32,000 bases of DNA, from positions 720,001-752,000 of the forward strand of contig NZ_CP022339.1 in NCBI RefSeq assembly GCF_003351905.1. The letters run 5' to 3'. Source of the DNA: Candidatus Saccharimonadota bacterium. GTDB taxonomy: Bacteria > Bacteroidota > Bacteroidia > Cytophagales > Amoebophilaceae. The notes beneath the pieces are model-generated. The model did not search any database, had not been told where the DNA came from, and worked only from the letters and a program-made list of their open reading frames with translations. The position numbers were made by a program, and so were the translations under genes. This document shows positions 24,953-32,000 of this stretch, piece by piece; the first letter of the stretch is position 1; each line of letters starts with the position of its first letter.

Positions 24953-25312
24953 ATGCGTTTTATACAAGAATTTAAAAAATTTGCCCTTAGAGGCAATGTT
25001 ATTGATTTATCCGTTGGGATGATTATGGGCAGTGCATTTGGTAAGATTGTTACTGCTGTTATAGAAGATTTATTTATGCCTATGGTGAATCCATTATTGG
25101 TAACCGATGGCAATTGGCAATCGATAGAAATCGGTCCTGGCATTAAGATTGGTCATTTTATTGCTGCCGTGCTGAACTTTTTAGTGATTAGTTTGGTTAT
25201 ATTTGCTGTGGTCAAGCTGATGCATGGCGTAAAAAAATCGGAAGAGCAAGTAGCCGGTCCTACCGCTACAGAAAAGCTTTTAATTGAAATCAGGGATGCA
25301 TTAAAAAAATAG
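24953..25312 (+). CDS. mscL: large-conductance mechanosensitive channel
   Basis: 119 aa. FKKFALRGNVIDLSVGMIMGSAFGKIV is the canonical MscL N-terminus and TM1. Confidence 0.92.
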   Translation: MRFIQEFKKFALRGNVIDLSVGMIMGSAFGKIVTAVIEDLFMPMVNPLLVTDGNWQSIEIGPGIKIGHFIAAVLNFLVISLVIFAVVKLMHGVKKSEEQVAGPTATEKLLIEIRDALKK

Positions 25313-25327
25313 TTCGGTATACCATTC

Positions 25328-28126
25328 ATGCGTCCTCATTTAGCAGACTTAGACACGCTTAGTCCAAAAGATTTTATTATCATCAGGGGGGCGCGCATGC
25401 ACAACCTGAAAAATATCAGTGTAGCCATTCCCCGCAACCAGCTTGTTGTAGTTACTGGGTTATCTGGTTCTGGCAAGTCCTCTTTGATTTTGGACACCCT
25501 TTTTGTAGAGGCCCAGCGCATGTATGTAGAGAGCGTCAGTGCCTATGCACGACAGTTTCTCGGTAAGCTGGCCAAGCCTTTGGTGGATGCCATTCAAGGC
25601 CTTTCACCCGCTATTGCCATTCAGCAGAATGTAGCCAATAAAAACCCCCGTTCGACTGTAGGCACCCTTACAGAGCTTTGTGACTACCTTTACCTACTCT
25701 ATGCCCGTATCGGTACTACCTATTCCCCCATCAGCGGGCAAAAAGTAAAAAAAGACAGCGTCTCTGATGTAGTAGATTACATTCAACAACAGGCAGATGG
25801 CACTAAAGTATTGATCCTATATCCTATTGCAGTAGCCGATCAAGCTGCGTTGGTGCAGAAGTTAAAAGTCGAGCAAGGCAAAGGGTTTACCAGGGTGATG
25901 CAAGGCGATCACCTGTTTTATATAGAGGCCTTATTAGCAGGCAAGGAGCGATTATCCTTAGACCAGCCCATTTATGGGTTGGTAGACCGCATTGTAGTGA
26001 ACAAAGCGGACCAAGACAACCAATATAGAATAGCAGATTCTGTTCAAGTCGCCTTTTTTGAGGGGATGGGCCATGCGGTTGTAGCGCTGGTTGGGTTAGG
26101 CCAGCAAGCTTTTTCAGATCGGTTTGAGTTAGATGGCCTTACATTTGCCCTGCCGACTGTTTCCTTTTTTAGCTTTAACACCCCCCATGGGGCCTGTAAA
26201 GCCTGTTCAGGCTTAGGGCAGATTACGGGCATAGACCCCCATAAGGTGATACCCAATCCAGCCCTTTCCCTAGTAGAAGGCGCCATTGCCCCTTGGAATG
26301 GCGCCACGATGTCTAAATGGTTGGCGCCCCTTTTGGCTGCACATGAAGCACTGCGTTTGCCCATTTATGCCCCTTATAGTAGTTTAACCCCCGATCAGCA
26401 AACCCTTGTATGGCAGGGCAAGGGTGATTTTCTAGGTCTCAATCGATTTTTTGATTTTTGCGCCACGCAAACCCATAAAATCCAATACTCCGTGTTGTTG
26501 TCCCGTTACCGCGGCAAAACCCCCTGTACCGTCTGTAAAGGCAGCCGGGTGCGTGCAGATGCCGATTGCGTTAAAATCGCGCACCACTCCATCATCGATC
26601 TATTATTGATGCCGCTTCACGACTTAATTGCTTTTTTTGATCGGTTATCCCTTACCCCACGGGAGGCCACTATGGTCCAAAGAGTCGTCGTAGAAATTAA
26701 AAACAGGCTCCGTTACCTCGCCCAAGTAGGGTTAGCCTATTTAACCCTCAGCAGGCCTATGGCCACCCTGTCCGGCGGCGAGCAGCAGCGGATTAAATTA
26801 GCCACGGCCTTAGGCAGTCCCCTATTTGGTGCCATTTATATTTTAGACGAGCCCACCATTGGGCTACATCCCCGTGATACCGATCGGTTGGTGCAGTTGT
26901 TGGTAGACTTAAAAACCCAAGGCAATACAGTCATTGTCGTAGAGCATGAAGCCTTGGTCATGCGTGCGGCCGATACCATTATGGAGATAGGCCCTGAAGC
27001 AGGCGCCCATGGCGGCACCTTGGTCTTCCAAGGCACCTTTCCAGCCTTGATGCAAGCCACCACCCATACCGCAGACTACCTCAATGGCACTGCCGCCATT
27101 CCTTTGCCCCCCCGCAGGCGTCCTTGGCGCAAGCGTCTATTGATTCAAGAGGTTAACCTCCACAACCTCCAAAATGTCACCGTTGCCATTCCCCTGAATG
27201 TATGCACCGTAGTAACAGGCGTCAGTGGGTCAGGCAAATCCACCTTGATAAAAGAGGTCCTTTATCCCGCTTTAGCCGCCCGTCTGCACCAACCCACTTC
27301 CCTTTCAGGGCCCTCTACCCCCTTATCTGGAGATTGGGCTTCCCTGCAAGCCGTAGAGCTGATCCACCACCATCCACTAGGCAAATCCTCCCGTTCCAAT
27401 CCAGCCACCTATTTAGCCATTTACGATGCCATTCGAGACCTTTTTGCCCAAACCGCTTTAGCCCGTTCCCGTCATTACCAGGCAGGCCATTTTTCCTTTA
27501 ATTCCGAGAAAGGCCAATGTCCCACCTGCCGTGGCGAGGGCCATCAAAAGATAGAGATGCAATTTATGGCAGACATCTACCTCTCCTGTACCTCCTGTAA
27601 AGGGAGTCGTTTTAAGTCTGAGATAGCCGATATAACCTATTCTGGCAAAAACGTAGCCCAAGTACTCAGCATGACCGTAGCAGAAGCCTTACCCTTTTTT
27701 GCCGATCACCCTGCCATTGTCCATAAGTTAAAAGTATTACAAAAAGTTGGCTTAGGGTACATCCAACTCGGGCAATCTTCCAGTTCATTAAGTGGCGGAG
27801 AAGCCCAGCGGTTGAAGCTAGCCTATTATTTAGAAAAAGAGTTAGCAGATCAGCCCATATTATTTATATTTGATGAGCCCACTACCGGCCTCCATATGCA
27901 TGACGTAGCCCAATTGGTCAAGGCCTTTCATGCCTTGATTCATCAAGGCCATACCGTCGTCGTCATTGAGCACCATCTTGACATCATCAAAAGTGCAGAT
28001 TGGCTGATTGACTTAGGCCCTGACGGCGGCCAGCAAGGCGGGCAAGTAGTATTTACCGGTACACCAGAAACCCTGATCCAGCAAAGTCAGAACCATACCG
28101 CCCATTATTTAAAGCAAATAATGTAG
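25328..28126 (+). CDS. uvrA: excinuclease ABC subunit A
   Basis: 932 aa with two ABC ATPase modules (GLSGSGKSS, GVSGSGKST; LSGGEQQR, LSGGEAQR) and zinc modules (CKACSGLG, CTVCKGSR, CPTCRGEG, CTSCKGSR). Confidence 0.97.
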   Translation: MRPHLADLDTLSPKDFIIIRGARMHNLKNISVAIPRNQLVVVTGLSGSGKSSLILDTLFVEAQRMYVESVSAYARQFLGKLAKPLVDAIQGLSPAIAIQQNVANKNPRSTVGTLTELCDYLYLLYARIGTTYSPISGQKVKKDSVSDVVDYIQQQADGTKVLILYPIAVADQAALVQKLKVEQGKGFTRVMQGDHLFYIEALLAGKERLSLDQPIYGLVDRIVVNKADQDNQYRIADSVQVAFFEGMGHAVVALVGLGQQAFSDRFELDGLTFALPTVSFFSFNTPHGACKACSGLGQITGIDPHKVIPNPALSLVEGAIAPWNGATMSKWLAPLLAAHEALRLPIYAPYSSLTPDQQTLVWQGKGDFLGLNRFFDFCATQTHKIQYSVLLSRYRGKTPCTVCKGSRVRADADCVKIAHHSIIDLLLMPLHDLIAFFDRLSLTPREATMVQRVVVEIKNRLRYLAQVGLAYLTLSRPMATLSGGEQQRIKLATALGSPLFGAIYILDEPTIGLHPRDTDRLVQLLVDLKTQGNTVIVVEHEALVMRAADTIMEIGPEAGAHGGTLVFQGTFPALMQATTHTADYLNGTAAIPLPPRRRPWRKRLLIQEVNLHNLQNVTVAIPLNVCTVVTGVSGSGKSTLIKEVLYPALAARLHQPTSLSGPSTPLSGDWASLQAVELIHHHPLGKSSRSNPATYLAIYDAIRDLFAQTALARSRHYQAGHFSFNSEKGQCPTCRGEGHQKIEMQFMADIYLSCTSCKGSRFKSEIADITYSGKNVAQVLSMTVAEALPFFADHPAIVHKLKVLQKVGLGYIQLGQSSSSLSGGEAQRLKLAYYLEKELADQPILFIFDEPTTGLHMHDVAQLVKAFHALIHQGHTVVVIEHHLDIIKSADWLIDLGPDGGQQGGQVVFTGTPETLIQQSQNHTAHYLKQIM

Positions 28127-28351
28127 AAAATACTTGCATCGTATCTTTTTTTATATTATCATTGTAGCAAATTAAAGGGCTTTCTACAAAGCTGTCTGGG
28201 GTGCTTGGTAACCGCAGCTAAGATGGTATATTTGGATGGTATTTGGTTATATGTTATTTTTGTATCAAAGCCCATTACAATCGTTAGGTGTTCCAGCGCT
28301 TAAAAATAGTTCATTAAATTAAATAATTCATAATCAATAAATTGAATAACA

Positions 28352-30514
28352 ATGGTTTATAAAAAAATTGGAAATACAATTCCGTCTTTGTCCAGTCTAC
28401 TCTTGGCTGGGGTGTTGTTTGTTGGTTGTAAGGATGGTAAGTGTACAGAAAACGCGGATGGTTCTGCTAATACTCAGAGCAAGGATCAGAAGCCTACTGT
28501 AGCAGAAGAAGGCGTGAAGAAGACTGAGAGGTCTAAGTCGTTTATCGATTCCCTTAGAGACATTTATTACTCCCTTTTTCGGTTTACAGAAGTGGGAGCT
28601 ATAGTAGATAATGCTTCTGGTATTGTTATACGCCCGGAAGTTGTGAATCTCCAGCAGTTAGAACTACTAGATGGTTCAGAACTAAAGAAATCAGGCGAAG
28701 CTTTTTTTCAAAAATTTTCAGATGAAGATAACTTGCTTACTTATCCTAGTTCTCTGCGTGAATTGGTAAGACCTTTACAACATATGCCAAAATTCCGTAC
28801 TGGTGCCTCTAAATCAGGAATTCAAAATAAATATGCGTATATTTCTGCTGCAAATACAATTGCTCAGGGTGTTCATCAGTTGTATGACTTCGCTGAACAA
28901 GTTAAAGGAGCCATAACTAGTTCTTTCTCTGAATGTGTGTCTTTAGAAGACGCCCTTAGTAAAGCCTTTAATATTTCCGGAGGGATAAAACAATATAAGG
29001 AAGGCCTAAAAGACATTTTTTCTAAAAAACATGCATTTAACAACTCTAGAAATTCTTATTTAAAAAGTGGGGCTCTGGCCATGATTAAGACTTTTACTAC
29101 TAAAGAGTCATCTAATAATGAAGAAAATGGTAATGAAGACAAAAAACAAGAGACTCCTATATCGCTTTTGGGTGAAAAAATTTCTATTCTGATTAAAAAT
29201 CGAAAGGATCCCCATCTATTGCCACAAATGGCTCTAGATGATCTAAGCAAGAAAGGGAGTATCCCTAAAGATCAATGGTATGTATTGGATGACAAGGGTG
29301 GTAAGTCTAAATATGCAATGTTTCAAGTTGATGACTTTACAGGTTCTTTGAAAAAGAAGTTTAACTATATTGACATCTCTGCAGGCGAATCTCCCGAGTC
29401 GGGTTCATATGGTGAGGAGGCATTGGATTTAAAATTCAATCAAATATTGCTTCTTCTTTTTACAAGTACAGGTAATAATATAAATAAAGAACTTAATTTC
29501 TTAGCTCTAGAACATAGGAGTGATGATAAAGAAAATACTGTTAGGTTAGTTGGACATAATGATACTTTCAAAAGTTTAGAACACTATGTTCAGAATAGAA
29601 ATTACAAAAGCTTTGCTTCAACTCTAGGTAAGTATATAGAAAATGATCCTGAGTTAAAGGAGTTCTTTGTTATTCCAAATGAGAATGAAATCATGGACCT
29701 GATTTTTTCTGAAATTGATTCTGTGGATCAGTCGGTTGCTAATATAGGTGGAAATAGAAATTCGGATTCTATATATGGTAAATTAGGTACTCAAAGTCTT
29801 TCTTTGCAAATAGTTAAGAATATTCTACATAACCTGTTTAATGTTCCGTTTAAGGATGATCTAGAAATGCACATAAAAAGTATTGTCAGTTCTTATCATA
29901 AGAAAGAATTTAATGAAACGACTGCATTATTTAAGCATAGAGTAGGCGCTCGCATTCTTTCTGAACTTATTTATGGTGAGGGTAAAAAAATAGACGATGA
30001 TATAGATAACAATAGTGTATTATTTAGCCGTCGGCAAACAGGCCAAGACCTTATTCAAGCCGTTCGTGATGTGGTCCGTAAAAGTTTAGAAGAGTGTGCA
30101 GTTCTTTTCTTGAATAACGGTAATTATCAACCTACTAGCGTAACTAAGCAAATATTGCTTTGGGTCAAAGACTTATCTGATCTGTTAGTTGCTAGACGTG
30201 ATTCAAAATCTGTTGACTATAAAGATTTGGAGGATACTGTTAATACTGCAATTAAGGGATTAGGTGCTGGAAACAACACCCCATTCAGTATCGATAAATT
30301 TTGTAAAGCTATGGAGCATTGTTGTGGGCAGTTAGAGGCTGTTCTTAGCGCTAAGGTGTCAGATTTCCTTGATTCAGATAGCAAACAAAATGCAAAATCG
30401 TTTTTCGATAAAATCACTTTATCTGATCCTCGTTTTGATGTTATTGATAAATACAAGGAGAAATATCGAAGGAGTATGATAAACACTTCAGAAGATGCAT
30501 CCCAAAACCTTTAG
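28352..30514 (+). CDS. hypothetical large lipoprotein (orphan, low GC)
   Basis: 720-aa ORF. Leader MVYKKIGNTIPSLSSLLLAGVLFVGC has the lipobox FVGC. The rest is Lys/Asp/Glu/Asn/Ser-rich and probably helical. No motif recognised. A clean terminator follows. Confidence 0.7.
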   Translation: MVYKKIGNTIPSLSSLLLAGVLFVGCKDGKCTENADGSANTQSKDQKPTVAEEGVKKTERSKSFIDSLRDIYYSLFRFTEVGAIVDNASGIVIRPEVVNLQQLELLDGSELKKSGEAFFQKFSDEDNLLTYPSSLRELVRPLQHMPKFRTGASKSGIQNKYAYISAANTIAQGVHQLYDFAEQVKGAITSSFSECVSLEDALSKAFNISGGIKQYKEGLKDIFSKKHAFNNSRNSYLKSGALAMIKTFTTKESSNNEENGNEDKKQETPISLLGEKISILIKNRKDPHLLPQMALDDLSKKGSIPKDQWYVLDDKGGKSKYAMFQVDDFTGSLKKKFNYIDISAGESPESGSYGEEALDLKFNQILLLLFTSTGNNINKELNFLALEHRSDDKENTVRLVGHNDTFKSLEHYVQNRNYKSFASTLGKYIENDPELKEFFVIPNENEIMDLIFSEIDSVDQSVANIGGNRNSDSIYGKLGTQSLSLQIVKNILHNLFNVPFKDDLEMHIKSIVSSYHKKEFNETTALFKHRVGARILSELIYGEGKKIDDDIDNNSVLFSRRQTGQDLIQAVRDVVRKSLEECAVLFLNNGNYQPTSVTKQILLWVKDLSDLLVARRDSKSVDYKDLEDTVNTAIKGLGAGNNTPFSIDKFCKAMEHCCGQLEAVLSAKVSDFLDSDSKQNAKSFFDKITLSDPRFDVIDKYKEKYRRSMINTSEDASQNL

Positions 30515-30547
30515 TCTTTGATTCTACTTTTCTAGATTAATTCTTCT

Positions 30548-30586
30548 AAAATGGGGGTTAGCTTTTGCTGGCTCCCATTTTTTTTG
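30548..30586 (+). terminator. rho-independent terminator of the 720-aa gene
   Basis: AAAATGGGGGTTAGC-TTTT-GCTGGCTCCCATTTT forms a 15-bp stem (including G-U pairs) followed by a T-run. Confidence 0.75.
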
Positions 30587-30697
30587 TATCTGATTGGTAA
30601 CTAAAAATATCCGTCAGCTATAGGGTTATAGCTGTTTGTGTTTTGAGGGTTATTTAGGTAGACTTCTACAGCTTGCAGGCAAAATAGGTTCGCTACT

Positions 30698-32000
30698 ATG
30701 CAATCCAAATTTATAAGAGAAAAATTTCTTGAATTTTTTATACAGAAAGGGCACCAACACCAGCCTGCTGTGCCTATCATAGGAAAAGATGATCCCTCTT
30801 TGCTATTTGTTAATGCGGGTATGAATCCCTTTAAAGAGGTCATTTTAGGCAACCAACCGATTACGGCTCCGCGTGTGGTTACGGTGCAGCCTTGTTTGCG
30901 TGTATCTGGTAAACACAATGACCTGGAAGAAGTCGGGGTGGATACCTACCACCATACCCTTTTTGAGATGCTAGGCAACTGGTCCTTTGGAGACTATTTT
31001 AAAGAAGCAGCCATTGCCTGGGCATGGGAGCTCCTAACTGAAGTCTATCAACTGCCTAAGGCAGAGATCTATGTAACCATATTTGCCGGAGACGCGCAAG
31101 ATGGCCTGCCCAAAGATAATGAAGCTGCTGCCATCTGGGCCGAATATCTGCCTGCAGAACGTATCCTTGCCTGTGGCAAGGAAGCTAACTTCTGGGAAAT
31201 GGGTGAACAAGGACCCTGTGGGCCCTGTTCTGAAATACATATAGACATTCGCCCTGAAGCTGAACGTAAAACCTTACCTGCTGCGCAGTTGGTTAACCAA
31301 GGCCACCCTCAGGTTATAGAGATCTGGAACCTGGTGTTTATGGAATACAACCGGCAGGCTTCTGGTAGACTCGTGGACCTCCCGCATAAACATATCGATA
31401 CGGGTATGGGCTTTGAACGGTTGGCGATGGTGTTGCAAGGGAAAACGTCTACCTATGATACCGATGTCTTTACGCCACTGATCGCAAAGATCCAACGGCT
31501 TGCGGGTAAACCCTACAGCGACACGATGGCAGTGGCCATGCGGGTGATTGCAGACCACCTCCGTGCTGTGGCTTTTGCCATTGCTGATGGCCAAGCGCCT
31601 GCACCTACCAAAGCAGCTTATGTGATACGGCGTATCTTGCGTAGGGCCATTCGCTATGGCTATAGCCACTTGGGGATCCAAACGCCTTTTATCTATCAAT
31701 TGGTACCCGTCTTAGTGGCACAGATGGAAGGGATATATCCCAACCTAAGCGCTCAACAGGACTATATCGCCCAATGTATTCAATCGGAAGAAACTGCCTT
31801 TTTAAAAACATTGGCTACTGGCTTACAGCTTTTTAACCAGCTGGATGCCCGAAATATCCATCAAGGTAGCATAGAGGGCCGCGTGGCCTTTACACTCTAT
31901 GATACCTATGGCTTCCCCTTAGACCTGACCCTGCTGCTGGCTAAGGAAAAAGGCCTGACGGTAGATGTAGCCGGTTTCCAACAGGCACTCCAAGAACAAA
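30698..32000 (+). CDS. alaS: alanine--tRNA ligase (5' part; continues beyond the window)
   Basis: My own translation from ATG 30698 gives MQSKFIREKFLEFFIQKGHQHQPAVPI..DPSLLFVNAGMNPFK..QPCLRVSGKHNDLEEVG..HHTLFEMLGNWSFGDYFK..GPCGPCSEIH..FMEYN, the classical AlaRS catalytic core. It is open to the window end and so is absent from the ORF track. Confidence 0.95.
   Translation, partial: MQSKFIREKFLEFFIQKGHQHQPAVPIIGKDDPSLLFVNAGMNPFKEVILGNQPITAPRVVTVQPCLRVSGKHNDLEEVGVDTYHHTLFEMLGNWSFGDYFKEAAIAWAWELLTEVYQLPKAEIYVTIFAGDAQDGLPKDNEAAAIWAEYLPAERILACGKEANFWEMGEQGPCGPCSEIHIDIRPEAERKTLPAAQLVNQGHPQVIEIWNLVFMEYNRQASGRLVDLPHKHIDTGMGFERLAMVLQGKTSTYDTDVFTPLIAKIQRLAGKPYSDTMAVAMRVIADHLRAVAFAIADGQAPAPTKAAYVIRRILRRAIRYGYSHLGIQTPFIYQLVPVLVAQMEGIYPNLSAQQDYIAQCIQSEETAFLKTLATGLQLFNQLDARNIHQGSIEGRVAFTLYDTYGFPLDLTLLLAKEKGLTVDVAGFQQALQEQ

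Noticed and set aside
28280-28345. Short similarities (ggtgttccagcgcttaaaa; aaatagttcat) to the TGTTCA repeats and to the flank of the IS remnant at 13250-13275, and ccagcgcttagaa at 23873
   Set aside because: The matches are only 10-13 nt in very AT-rich DNA and are not distinguishable from chance by eye.
30601-31699. Three minus-strand ORFs (30601-30918, 31034-31240, 31274-31699) from the ORF track
   Set aside because: They lie antisense to an unmistakable alaS reading frame (plus strand from 30698) that the track omits only because it has no stop inside the window. They are shadow ORFs.

Overview
This 32-kb window looks like chromosome from an AT-biased, probably host-associated Bacteroidota-type bacterium. 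That placement is an inference from the protein families present (short-form Psd, LpxB, CPBP protease, Csp, an ankyrin-repeat protein, IS debris); no taxon can be proven from the sequence alone.

About 26 genes are present and most are housekeeping:
- Transport and envelope: an SSS transporter, murD, a CPBP protease, mscL, lpxB.
- DNA replication and repair: ruvB, priA, a DnaQ-like exonuclease, mutY, polA, ruvX, uvrA.
- Translation and regulation: yebC, gltX, and the 5' part of alaS. alaS runs off the window end and is therefore missing from the supplied ORF track.
- Cold-shock module: csp followed by a DEAD-box helicase.
- Phospholipid synthesis: psd and cdsA.

I saw no rRNA, tRNA or CRISPR array, and no convincing multi-gene defence or secretion system.

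The non-housekeeping content is:
1. A dense family of modular TGTTCA-core MITE/REP-like repeats that fills nearly every long intergenic spacer. One copy is flanked by a perfect 9-bp target-site duplication that carries the stop codons of two convergent genes.
2. A roughly 555-bp IS3-like remnant with terminal inverted repeats, lying next to an ankyrin-repeat gene.
3. Several low-GC orphan genes with signal or lipoprotein leaders: 287 aa, 306 aa, 720 aa, and a possibly frameshifted pair.
4. Unusually perfect palindromes at gene 3' ends.
5. Sequence-level oddities in conserved enzymes: PolA has lost 3'-5' exonuclease carboxylates, and the DEAD-box helicase carries DEID.
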